DNA of 57,487 nucleotides from Octopus sinensis (Eukaryota): positions 1 to 57,487 of the forward strand of contig NW_021833622.1 of the NCBI RefSeq assembly GCF_006345805.1, in the 5' to 3' direction. The notes under the pieces are model-generated. The model worked only from the letters and a program-made list of their open reading frames with translations, was not told the origin of the DNA and did not search any database. Numbering within the stretch: position 1 is the first letter of the stretch; every line of letters starts with the position of its first letter. Of this stretch, positions 23,884 to 36,650 are shown in pieces. A program made the translations under genes and the position numbers.

Positions 23884-26752
23884 TCACTGGTCTTGCCGGG
23901 TCTTCTCACGCACAGCATACTTCCATAGGTCTCGGTCTCTGGTCATTTCCTTGGTGAGACCTAGAGTTCGAAGGTCGTGCTTCACCACCTCGACCCAGGT
24001 TTTCCTGGGTCTACCTCTTCCACAGGTCCCCTCAACTGCCAGGGTGTGGCACTTTTTCACACACCTATCTTCATCCATTCTCACCACATGACCATACCAG
24101 CGCAATCGTCTCTCTTGCACACAACATCTGATTCCTCTTAGGTCCAACTTTTCTCTGAAGGTACTTACACTCTGTCGACTATGAACACTAACATTACACA
24201 TCCAACGGAGCATACTAGCTTCATTTCTCGCGAGCTTACGCATGTCCTCAGCAGTCACGGCCCATGTTTCACTGCCATGTAGCATGGCTGTTCGTACACA
24301 TGCATCATACAGTCTGCCTTTTACTCTGAGCGAGAGGCCTTTAGTCACCAACAGAGGTAAGAGCTCCCTAAACTTTGCCCAGGCTATTCTTACTCTAGCC
24401 GTTACACTAGCCGTTACTCTAGCACACCCACCCCCACTACTGACTTGGTCACCAAGATAACGGAAGCTATCAACTACTTCTAGTTTTTCCCCCCTGGAAA
24501 GTGACGGAAGTTGTTTTCTGCAGATTTTCAGAGGTTAATGCTCCCGAGCATCTGCCACATACAAAAACCATCTTCCTAGTTAGCCTTCCTATGACATTGC
24601 TGCACCTCTTATGTGTCCATAGCTTACACTTGGTGCATCTTATAGAGTTTCTACCTACACCTTTTCTACAGATCGAGCAGGGCCATCTACCTGAAGGCGT
24701 TTGTGATTTGTCTACCTTCCTACTTATTAGGACTTTGGTTTTAGCTAGGTTGACTCTAAGGCCCTTCGATTCTAAACCATGCTTCCACACCTGAAACTTC
24801 TTCTCCAGTTCTGATAATGACTCAGCAATTAGAGCAAGGTCATCAGCATAGAGGAGCTCCCAGGGGCATCCTGTCTTGAATTCCTCCGTTATTGCCAGGA
24901 GGACTATGATAAATAGGAGGGGGCTGAGGACTGAGCCTTGGTGGACCCCTACCTCTACCCGGAATTCTTCACTGTACTCATTTCCAACCCTCACCTTACT
25001 AGCAGCGTCCCTGTACATGGCTTGCACAGCTCTCACTAACCATTCTTCTATTCCTAGTTCCCTCATTGACCACCATATGAGGGATCGGGGGACCCTGTCG
25101 AAGGCTTTCTCCATGTCAACAAAAGCCAGGTACAGGGCCTTATCTTTGGCTAGGTATTTCTCCTGCAGCTGCCTTACCAGGAATATAGCATCAGTGGTAC
25201 TTTTCCCTGGCACGAAACCAAACTGCATCTCATCTAAACTAACTTTCTCTCTAATTAGTTGGCTTATGACCCTCTCTGTAACCTTCATCACCTGATCCAA
25301 CAGCTTGATACCTCTGTAATTATTTGTATCTAGGGCATCACCTTTACCTTTGTAGCAGTTGACTATTATGCTGCTACACCAGTCATTGGGTATGACTCCT
25401 TCATGTATCACCTGATTAACTATACAGGTGACTAGGCTATAGCCGACACTACCAGATATTTTGAGCATCTCTGCAGTGATACCTGATGGGCCTGGGGCTT
25501 TCCCTGTCTTCATGCTTCTAATTGCCTTAGCTACTAAGGAACTATCAACCCTGATAGCTGGTCCCTCTGTTGGGTCAACGTTCGGCAGACTCTCTTTATC
25601 CCATTCATTTTCTTTATTCAGCAACCTTTCATAGTGGCGTCTCCAAGCCTCTCTCTTTGCATCCTCGTTTAGTGCAAGTGAACCATCTTCCATGCGAACA
25701 CACTTCTCTCCCACCACATCACAATTCTCTCTCACACACTGTCTTGCAACGCGAAACACCTCAAGTCTTTGGTCCTCACGGCGCAGAACATTGGCAAATT
25801 TTTTCTTATCTGCTTCCCCTCTGGCTAGATAGACCTGTCTCCTAGCTTCCCTTTTAGCAGTCTGATACAATTCCCTGCTACCACCATTCTTCCAGTGCTT
25901 CCAAGTCTGTCTCTTTTCTCTAATAGCCCTGTCTACGACACTGTTCCACCACCACGTTACCTTGGGACGAGAGGGGACTTTGCACCAGCCACAGATCTGG
26001 TCAGTGGCTCTCAGCAGGTTGTCCCTTAGAAACGTCCAGTTGTCCTCTACCCCATGTGATACACTATCCCCTTCTACTTCGTCAAAGGCTTCAAGTAACA
26101 TGTCTCTAAATCTCTGTCCATTCACAGGATCCTTAAGCTTCCAGATCCTTCTTCTCCATGTTGGTCGTCTTCTGGTTGTCCTCCTACTCCTGATCCTAAA
26201 GTCACTAACTACCAGTCTATGTTGTGGGGTGCATTCTTCGCCTGGGAAGGTTTTGGCATTTATAAGTAGCCATCTCTCCCTTTGCCGGGCAAGGATGTAG
26301 TCAATTTGGCTGGTATGTTGGCCCGATCGGTAGGTGACTAGGTGGCTGGTAGGTTTCCTGAAGTTAGTGTTGCAAATCATAAGATTATTTGCATCGCAGA
26401 ACTCCAGCAGCCTGGTTCCCTCCTCGTTGCGGGAACCAGAGCCATAGCCTCCATGTACGCCGTGGAAGCCCCCAGCATGTCGTCCAACGTGACCATTGAA
26501 GTCACCAGCCACAAAGAGAAGGTCTCTGTCATTCGTCAACGAGGTAGTCTGCAGTAGAGTGTCATAGAATCGGTCTTTCTGTCCATCAGGTAGCCCCGAC
26601 TGAGGAGCATAGGCTGATATAATGGTTGCTAAACTATGATGAAGTGCTAATCTAAACTTAAGTATTATGTCGCATACTCTGTTTACCTCAATTACTTTAT
26701 CTACCCATTTCTCAGCGATAAGTATACCCACGCCTCCAACCCCGTCAGTGTT

Positions 26753-26755
<3 letters not shown>
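23884..26755 (-). pseudogene. RTE ORF (APE endonuclease, RT, PHD finger, C-terminus), about 950 aa, one frameshift at the C6 run 24489-24494
   Basis: TIISAYAPQ, VAGDFNGHVG, SQIDYIL, QFGFVPGKSTTDAIF, LAFVDMEKAFD, GVHQGSVLSPLLF, LLYADDL. The N-terminal part of track ORF 24470..26920 beyond 26755 is microsatellite, not protein. Confidence 0.9.
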
Positions 26756-26804
<49 letters not shown>

Positions 26805-26836
26805 CACACACACATACATACACTTATATACATATT

Positions 26837-26890
<54 letters not shown>

Positions 26891-26892
<2 letters not shown>

Positions 26893-29800
26893 CATCATCA
26901 TCGTTGTCATCGTTTAACATCTACTTTCCATGCTGGCATGGGTTGGACGGTTTGACTGAGGGCTAGCAAGCCAGAAGGCTGTACCAGGCTCCAATCCAAT
27001 CTGTCAAAGTTTCTACAGCTTGATGCCCTTCTTAGTATCAACCATTCTGAGAGGTTACAGGGTGCTTTTTACGTGCCACTGGCACAGGACCAGTCAGCCA
27101 GCCAGCAGTGGCATTGACCACGTTTGAATGGTGCTTTTGATGTGCCACAGGCACACTAGCCAGTTTGGCGGCACTGGCAACGATCATGCTCGAATGGTGC
27201 TTTTAACATGCCACTAGCACAGGGGCCAATCAGCCAGTACTGAGATCAGCCACAACAAAGATTTCCCTTGCCTCACCAGGTCTTCGCAAGCGCAGTTTAT
27301 TGCCCAATGATTGAAAGGTACTCTAAAATGAGCTGGTTATGCTGCACTGGCATAGGCCACAGTTACGGTCTCACTTAGCTTGCCAGGTCTTCTCAAGCAT
27401 AGCATATCTCTAAAAGTTTCAGTCACTTGTCATTGACTCAGTGAGACCCAATGTTCGAAGGTCGTGCTTCACCACCTCATCCCAAGTTTTCCTAGGTCTA
27501 TCTCTTCCACAGGTTCCCTCTACTGCAAGGGTGTGATGCTTTTTCACACAGCTGTCCTCATTCATACCATTCATACCTCATTCATACCTGACCATACCAG
27601 CGCAATTGTCTCTCTTGCAGACCACATCTCTCTCAGAGCGCTCAAACTCTGTCGTGTATGCACACTTACATTACACATCCAGCAGAGCATACTTGCAAGC
27701 TTACACATGTCCTCAGCAGTTATGGCCCATGTTTCGCTGCCATGTAGCATGGCTGTTTGCAGACATGTGTCATACAGTCTACCTTTTACTATGTCACCAG
27801 CAGAGGTAGGAGCTCTCTGAACTTTGCACAGGCTGTTCTTATTCTAGCAGTTACACTTTCAGAGCAATCACTTAAGTAATGGAAGCTATCAACTACTTCT
27901 AGTTTTTCTCCCTGGAATGTGATGGAAGCTGTTATCTGTGCATTTTCAGTGTTTATTGATCCTGGGCATCTGCCACATACAAAAAACTATCTTCCCAATT
28001 AGCCTTCCTTTGATATTGCTACACCTCTTTTCTACCTACACCTTTTCTACAGATCGAGCAGGGCCATCTACCAGAAAGGATTTTTGGTCTGCCTGCCTGC
28101 CTTCCTACTTATTAGGAATCTGGTTTTAGCTAGGTTAACTCTAAGGCCCTTCGATTATAGACCTTGCTTCCACACCCTAAATTTTCTTCTCTAGTTCTGA
28201 TAGTGACTCAGCTATTAGAGCAAGGTCATCAGCATAGAGAAGCTCCCAGAAGAATCCTGTCTTGAATTCCTCTGTTATTGCCTGGAGGACTATGATAAAT
28301 AGGAGGGGGGTGAGGACTGAACCTTGGTGGACCGCTACCCCTACCCGGAATTCTTCACTGTACTCATTGCCAAACCTCATCTTACTGACAGCATCCCTGT
28401 ACATGGCTTGCACAGCTCTCACTAACCATTCCTAGTTTCCTCATTGCCCACCTGACAAGTGATTGGGGGACCATGTCAAAGGCTTTTTCTGAAATTTACC
28501 TTTGGCTAGGTATCTTTCCTGCAGCTGTCTTACCAGAAATATAGCATCAGTGGTGTTTTTCCCTGGCACAAATCCAAACTGCATCTCATCTAAACTAACT
28601 CTCTCCTTAATTAATTGGGCTATGACCCTCTCCGTAACTTTCATTACCTGATCCAATAACTTGATACCTCTGTAATTATTTGTATCTAATGCATCATCTT
28701 TACCTTTGTAGCAGTTGACTATGGTGCTGCTACACCAGTTATTGTGTTTGACTCCTACATGTATCACCTGATTGACTATACATGTGACTAGACTATAGTT
28801 GGCACCGCCAGATATTTTAAGCATCTCTGTGATGATTCCTGATGGCCTTTCCCTGTCTTCATACTCTTAATTGCTTTATCTACCAAGGTACTATCAATTC
28901 GGATAACTGGTCCCTCTGTTGGGTCGACATTCGGCAAATTCTCTTTCTCCCATTTATTCTCTTCATTTAACAACCTTTCATAGTGGCATCTCCAAGTCTC
29001 TCTCCTAGCAGTTTCATTAAATGCAAGTGAGCCGTCATCCATGTGGACACACATCTCTCCTATGACATCACAATTCTCTCTCTCATACACTGTCTTGCAA
29101 CATGAAACACCTCAAGTATGGTCCTCATGACGCAGAACATTGGCAAATTTTTTCTTATCTGCTTCCCCTCTGGCTAAATAAACCTATCTCCTAGCTTCCC
29201 TTCTGGCAGTCTGATACAATTCCCTGCTATCACCACTCTTCTAGTCCTTCCATGCCTGTTTCTTTTCCCTAATGGCCCTGTTCCACCACCACATTACCTT
29301 GGGTTGAGAGGGGACTTTGCACCATCCACAGATCTGGTCGGTAGCCCTCAACAGGTTGTCTCATAGAAACTTCCAGTTGTCTTTCACATCATGTGATGCT
29401 ATATACCCCTCTATTTTGTAATACGTCTCTAAATCTCTGTCCATTTGCAGGATCCTTAAGCTTCCAGACCCTTCAGCTCCATGCTGGTCATCTGGGCATC
29501 CATTTAGCCCTGATCCTGAAGTTGCTAACTACTAATCTATGTTGTGGGGTGCATTCTACACCTGGGAAGGTTTTGACATTTATAAGTAGCCATCTTTCCC
29601 ATTTCCTGGTGAGGATGTAGTCAATTTCACTAGTATGTCTACCAGATCAGTAAGTGAATAGGTGACTGGCAGGTTTCCTGAACTTAGTATTACAAATCAT
29701 AAGATCATTTGCACTGCAGAACTCCAGCAGCCTGGTTCGCTCCTCATTGTGGGAACCAAAACCATAGCCTCCACGTATGCCATGGAAGCCTTCTGCATGT

Positions 29801-30330
29801 TGTCAACATGTCCATTAAGGTCACCAGCCACAAAGAGATGGTCCCTGTCACTTGTCAACAAGGTAGTCTGCAAGAGGGTGTCATAAAATCGGTCTTTCTG
29901 CTCATCAGGTAACCCCGGCTGAGGGGCATAGGCCGAGATAATGGTTGCTAACCCCAGTTGCAGCACTAATCTAATCTTAAGTATTCTGTTACAGACTCTA
30001 ACTACTTTGATTACCTTATCAACCCATTTCTCTGCAAGAAGTATACCCACGCCCCCAACCCCATCAGTGTTCCCTGCCCAGAAAATCTTATACCTGTGTT
30101 CTTTGCCTGTGAGGAAACTAGCAGAACTTCTCCTTCACCTTATTTCTTGGATGTAGCACAAATCTACATGTCTCCGTTCAAGCATCTCAACAATCTCACC
30201 AGAGCAGCATCATGTACCTGAAAAGAAAGCTTGCATTTGGCAGAACTCATGAACATACAATAGCCTTCAACCTGCATACGCTACACCATCATTTTTGTGC
30301 TGCACAATCACATTACATAGGAGATAAACC
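26891..30330 (-). mobile_element. Older, near full-length decayed RTE LINE directly upstream of the young copy
   Basis: Collinear with 22988-26755 and extends to the APE N-terminus (VDLCYIQEIR, YKIFWAGN); multiple stops and frameshifts; 5' boundary approximate. Confidence 0.9.
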
Positions 30331-31394
30331 CTAAGTAGGGATGGGGGAACATTAAGCCTTTAGAAGTGTTCATGGGAGAGACATCTGATAGAGGTCAGAG
30401 GATAGAAACTTCCGGTACAGGTGGTGGGGGTGTGATGGGTAGTCGCACCGAGAAACAGCAAAATCTCGGGCTGTCAGTGTGAGAGAATATTATGTTAATT
30501 ATGAGATAGAATTGGGCATTTGAAATTCCTAACTAAAGCTATAACCAAGAGTTTTGGGACAGCCAAACTGTAACAAAGTAGATAAATGAATAAGTGATGA
30601 TAATAAATGAGCGTGATAGAGAGGGAGGAAGAGGGAGAGTTGGATTGAGCGAAGTGATCTTAAGTTTCTTTTTTTTTTAAATATACAGTGTGGAAGATAA
30701 AACTGTATTTCCAAAGATAGATAATGAAATAGAATGAAATGAACTAATAAGGTAATTATGATCTGCGCTGAAAAAAGAGAGGTTTAGTTGTACTGGGTTG
30801 AAAAACAGGATTGCTTATCTGAACATCTGATTTTCAGCTCCTTTTGGCGAGGTGTTAAAATGAGATAGGGGAATCTGAGTGAGCTAGTTTATATAGGGTG
30901 GGGGAAGCGGAGATAAAGTGTTGAGAGAAGCAAGTGGTTATCGAAACAGAGAGAGAGATATATGTATATATATATATGTATATACATAGTAATACACATA
31001 GATGCATATATATATACATCCATATACCCCGCATTACCAATAAATGATATACACACACATATATAAATGAATATAGAGATTTCTATAGGCATACTTGTAC
31101 ACATAGTTACATGCATATACACATACACATATATATATATATACATATATACACATAAAAACATATCCACACATATATATATACATACATATATATATTG
31201 TTATTATATGACCAAACGCACGCGTTGTTTCTCTTCTCCAAGTAAGTTTTTATTTGAATAATCATGACGCGCACTCTTACTCTTTACTTGACCTTTCCTC
31301 CCTGCCTGTCTGTCTTCCTCTCTAATTGTCTCTCTCCTTCTTATTTTTCACACTTTCTGGTTTCTTTTCCCCCCTCTCTCTCTCTCCTCCTCCT

Positions 31395-31862
31395 CCTCTC
31401 TCTGGCTGTTGACCAGAGTGCTACTAAAACTTTCTTTCAGCTCATGCTTTCAACGATTTTTCACATGCGTTCTAACTAATTTTTCCACCGTCTAGGCCTA
31501 AAAAAGCCCTTATTGTTGGTTTTCTTGTCCTGTTATTCTTTATTTGTACTGTTTTTTCTACTGTTTTTTCTTCATTTGTATTGCTTTTACATCTTGTTCT
31601 TGTCACTTGTTTTACTCCTCTGCAAAAGAATTTTATTCAATTCCTTTTGCAGGAAGGACTGCTTCAGCCTGGCCGTGTTCTGCCCTTACCTTCGAAACAC
31701 GCATTGAGTCGAACCAGGGGCAGCTGATGAAGGGGAATTTTCCTTGTATTGTTTGTCCTGTACTCTGATTTTTCGTTGTTAAAAAAAGTCCGTTTCCTTG
31801 ATTTTATGTTTTCGTTTCTCGTTGTGTTCTACGTTTACTTGTGGTGTCCTGTACTCACATAT
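31395..31862 (+). mobile_element. Non-coding repeat element (probably Penelope-related), left arm of an inverted pair
   Basis: Homologous to the reverse complement of 32068-32595 (e.g. TGTGGTGTCCTGTACTCACA exact; CGTCTAGGC; CCTTACCTTCGAAAC). Boundaries approximate. Confidence 0.65.
31659..31735 (+). ncRNA. Putative non-circularly permuted hammerhead ribozyme, copy 1
   Basis: CGTGT-T-CTGCCCTT-A-CCTTC-GAAA-CACG...AGGGGCAG-CTGATGA-AGGGG; stems I and III are complementary. Confidence 0.6.
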
Positions 31863-32067
31863 ATATTTATATATATTCATGTATATATACATATAGATGT
31901 AAGTATGTACATATATGTATGTATATATGCATGTTTTATTTATTTATTATATTGTATATATATATATATATATATAATAGTGTAATAAATAAAATATATG
32001 CATACATACATACATATATGTACGTACCTACATCTACATGTATATATACATGCATATATAAATATAT

Positions 32068-32594
32068 ATATGTGAGTACAGGACACCACAAATAGACGCA
32101 GAACTCAACGAGAATGAAAACGTAAAAACAAGCATGGAACGAACCTTTTTTTTACAAAGAAAAAACAGAGTACTAGACAAACTACAGAAGGAAAAATCCC
32201 CTTCATCAGCTGTCCCTAGTTCAACTCCAGCATGTTTCGAAGGTAAGGACAGAACACGAATCGTCGAACTAGCCCTTCCTGCGAAGAAATTAAAGGAAAT
32301 TACTTCGCAGAGGGGTAAAAACAAGGAAAGAACAAAATGTGACACAAACAGGACGTAATAACGATACAAATAAAATTACAAAATAAAATACAAAATAAAA
32401 TACAAAATAAAAATACAATTACAAAAAAATACAATACAAGAAATAAAAACACACAAGAAAACAACCAAAGAGGGCCTTTTTTGCCTAGACGAGGAGAGAT
32501 TCAAGGAGCGCAAGAAAACCGTGTGTTTACAGTTAGAAGGCCACATGCAAAAGTAAGTATTTGGCCGGCTGTGAGAGAGATGAGAAGGAGTTAG

Positions 32595-32595
<1 letters not shown>
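32068..32595 (-). mobile_element. Non-coding repeat element (probably Penelope-related), right arm of an inverted pair
   Basis: Diverged reverse-complement homolog of 31395-31862. Confidence 0.65.
32196..32272 (-). ncRNA. Putative non-circularly permuted hammerhead ribozyme, copy 2
   Basis: Minus strand CGTGT-T-CTGTCCTT-A-CCTTC-GAAA-CATG...AGGGACAG-CTGATGA-AGGGG; differences from copy 1 preserve pairing. Confidence 0.6.
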
Positions 32596-32657
<62 letters not shown>

Positions 32658-33644
32658 CATACATATATATATACACACAAACATATACATATGCATAACA
32701 AGATATAGATAGCAGCAGATAAATACAAACAACATGTACCCATGTATACAAATACATATGGATATACACAAATATATGATTATTCGTATACACATACATA
32801 TATGTACAAATATAGACACTTGATAAAATTTTCTAAACACATTTAGAATAGTGTGTACAAGATAGAACACTCTCAAGTCTTTCATTAAGCAATTTCTTCT
32901 TAGATGTTAATATCTGGTATAATTCATCTATAAGTAAGTTGCATCTAGCATCATTAATTTTATATGATCCAGCATGACTAAGTATTTTCCAATTTATTTT
33001 TTATAATTTCTTACTATCATTCAATTTCCAAACTAGTTTACTGAGACTAGTACTGTTAAACCTATCTCTATTCCTAAAGGTATACTCAGGGTTTACTATT
33101 CATTTGTTGATAAAATTTTCCGTTGACCCTATGTAAAAATAATTTCTTCATTCCAAATCCACCCTACCTCTATATACAATATTATTCTGTAAGCGGTGAA
33201 TGTGTAACACCCCAAAAATAGTAAAATGTAGTTGGCAAAAATGTTAATCAAACAGACCAAATTAAAGATTTTAAATTTTGGGTAAGAGTTTTGAAGTGGC
33301 TAGTTAAAGTTGGAATAATTATATGAATAAGAGTGCTCACGTGAAAACAGAGGCAAATTGTAACTCGCAAATGAATACTGCTGGCAATACTGTGCAAGCA
33401 GTTGATAAGAGCTCACCCCAGCTGACAAAGCATTGATTTTTTTCCAGCTGGGTGTACGTTACATTTTCGCTGGCCCAAGCCAAATCCCAGGTGAATTGAG
33501 ATTAGTCTATTTATGTTGGGGGTGTGGAATTTGGAGGAAAGAATTTTAAGAAAAAGTGTCCTAAGTCAAAGAGAGCACACATGTCAAATTCGGTGAAATT
33601 GAGTTGAAAATTGTAGGAGTAGAAGTGGTTCACACAACACACAC

Positions 33645-33920
33645 ACAGTTTGAGGAATAATTCATAAACATTTTTTTCAAATTTAAAAATGCATGCAGGA
33701 ATAAAATGCATTAGCAAAATGTTTTATGTTATTTGAAAGAGAATTTTTGCTCTACAAGATAGTGTGTTTTGATTTTTTAATTTTATTGATTTTGCGTATT
33801 TTCATATCATTAAAATGGAATGTCAAGTGAACAAAACTGAGTATTTTGGACACCTTTGCTTTTTGCATTTAACCGAGGTGTTAAGCCTTCCAAAGCTGCT
33901 TGCGAGATTTGTGCTATGTA
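33645..33920 (+). mobile_element. mariner transposon 5' fragment
   Basis: ATG at 33815: MECQVNKTEYFGH / FAFNRGVKPSKAACEICAMY (frameshifted) resembles the mariner transposase N-terminal HTH; start approximate. Confidence 0.7.
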
Positions 33921-34443
33921 AAAAAGCATTTCAAATTGTTCTCCTAGTTTTGCTGCCTCATAACTCCCTTTGAAATGCAAAAATATGCTCCAGTGGGCAT
34001 AGATAACAATTATGTAGATAAAAGTAAAGAAAAAATGCTCATGCTTTGAAAATTGATGGAAAGAAAGTCAGGGAGTTCCCGAATTCAACTTCTAATTAGT
34101 TATATGTACAAATTTTATCAACATAACCATAATGTACAATGGTGAATTTGCAAACAAGCTAAATTTCATTTAAAAAAAATATACATGAGAAAATAAATCT
34201 GAGAGGGAAGGAGAGAGAATGACCCAAAATTCCTTAAAAATATTCTTTTTAATTTCAACATAATCATACACCCTTGAAAATGTATCTCTTCCATTGCAAA
34301 ATATATGCATTTTTCACAGTCATGAAAAAATATAACTGAAGGAGACTCTGTGTGTGTGTTTCCATGAAATTAAACATGAGAATATTCTCTGTTTAAAGGT
34401 ATTTTTTTCCAAAACAACCAGTAATATGTTTTGTTTGTCATTC

Positions 34444-36650
34444 AGCATCATCATCATTGTTTAATGCCTGTTTTCCATCCTGGCATGGGTTGGATAGTTT
34501 GACAGGAACTAGCCAGTCAGAGAGCTGTCCAAGTTCCAATTGTCTGTTGTGACATGGTTTCTACAGCTAGATGCCCTTCCTAATGCCAACCACTTTACAG
34601 AGTGCATCTTACATAGCAGTGGCACCTGTAAAGAACTTGCCTGTATGTATGGATGACTGCAATTTTACTTAGCATGATGCATCTTCTCGAGTACAGCAAA
34701 TCGCCATAACTCCTGGTCATTTGTCATTTCCTCAATGAGGTGTAGCATCTTAAGATCTTTTCTCGCCACTTCATCCCACGTCTTCCTGCATCTACCCCTT
34801 CAATACGTTCCCTCTACAATTAGAGATTGACACTTCTTTACATAGATATCCTCATCCATACGCATCACATGACAAAACCAGCACAGGCTTCTCTCTTGCA
34901 CACAACATCTAATGCTTCTCATACCCGATTTTCATCTTAAATCATTTACACACTGGCATTACCCATCCAGCAGAGCATGCTAGCTTAATTTCTTTCAAGC
35001 CTTAACAAGTCCTCTGTAGTCATAGCCCAGGTTTCACTGCCATGTAGCATGGCTATATGTACACACATACAATCTGCCTTTCACGCTGAGAGAGAGGACC
35101 TTTGTTACCAATAAAGGTAGCTCTCTGAACCTTGCCCAGCCTATTCTTATTCTAACAACTATGCTTTCAGAACTTTCTCTTCCACTGCTAATTCAGTTGC
35201 CTAGGTAACAGAAGTCATCTACTGGGATTTGAGGAAATCTATTGTCTGCACATTTTTAGTACTTATTGTACCCACTCATTTGCCACACGAAAAGACTATT
35301 TTCTCTCTTAACCTTACTGCAATACAACTACACCTCATGTGTCCAAAGATTGCAGTGAGTTGAGCATAGAGAGTTTCTACCAACAGCTTTCTTACATATC
35401 AAGTAGGGACTTGTGATTTGTCTGTCTTCCTACATGCTAGGACTTTGGTTTTTGCTAAATTAACTCTAATGCCAACTTTCAATTAACTGACAGCATCCCT
35501 GTACATGGCTTGTATAGCTCTCACTAACCACTCATCTTTCCCTAGTTTCTGTATAGACCACCAGATAAAGGAGCGGATAATCCTGTCAAAGGCTTTTTCC
35601 ATGTTGACAAAAGCCAAGTATAGCGGTTTATTTTTGGCTAAATACTTCTCCCTCAGTTGCCTAACCAGGAATATAATATCGATTGTACTTCTCCTAAGCA
35701 TAAAACCATACTGCATCTCATCTATGCCAACTCTTTCCTAATTAGTTTTAACTTTCATTACCTGGTCCAGCAGTTTGATACCTCTGTAATTATGTCTGTC
35801 TAAGGCATCACCTTTACCTTTGTAGCAGTTGACTATGGTACTGCTACACCATAGGGTATGACTCTCTTGTGGACAACCTGACTAGGCCATATCCCACTCT
35901 GCAAGATATTTTAAGCGTCTAAGTAATGATTCCTGATGGGCCAAGGGCTTTCCCTGTTTTCATATCCCTAACTGCTTTATCTACTAAGCTACTGTCAACC
36001 TGAATAGCTGGGCCCTCAGTTGGGTCTATATTAGGTAGACTCTCCTTCTCCCATGCATTCTCCACATTTAACAGCCTTTCATAATGGCATTTCTAAGCCT
36101 TTTTCTTTGCAGAATTACTCACTGCAAGTGAACCATCATCCATGTGGACACATTTCTCCTATGACATCATGATTTTTCTCTCACGCACTGTCTTGCAATC
36201 CAAAACTCTTCAAGTCTCTAGTCCTCGCTCTGCAGAAGATTGACAAACTTCTTTTCTACTTCTCCCTTGGCTAAATATACCTGTTTCCTGGCCTCCCTTC
36301 TGGCTATCTGATACAGTTCGCTGCTACCACCACACTTCCAGTCATTCTAGGCCAGTTTCTTCTCTCTAATGGCCCTGTCAACTATACTATTCCACCACCA
36401 TGTCACTTTGGGTTGAAAAGGGACTTTTCACCAGCTACAAATTTGGTCAGTGGCCTTCAACAGCTTGTCCCGAAGGAACCTCCAGTAGTCCTTCATGTTA
36501 TATGTTGCAACATTCTCCTCTTTTTCACCAAATGCTTCAAGTCACGTGTCTCTAAATCTCTGACCATTCAGAGGATCCTTAAGCTTCCAGACCTTTCTTT
36601 TCCTCCTTTGTCTTCTTGATAGCCTTCAAGCCCTGATTCTGAAGTCGCTA
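34444..36650 (-). mobile_element. Old 5'-truncated RTE LINE (divergent subfamily, no VNTR)
   Basis: (ATC)n tail, GGATGCCCTTCCTAA-like motif, QYGFMLRRSTIDIIFLVRQL..LAFVNMEKAFDR. Confidence 0.88.

Larger units (their letters stand above)
22988..26755 (-). mobile_element. Young, 5'-truncated RTE LINE flanked by (TA)n on both sides
   Basis: Long open ORF, VNTR 3'UTR, CCATGCTAGCATGG hairpin, (GAT)n tail. Confidence 0.95.

Noticed and set aside
26756-26920. N-terminal 55 aa of the 816-aa ORF
   Set aside because: Read-through of the neighbouring RTE tail and (TA)n; the true element sequence starts at 26755.
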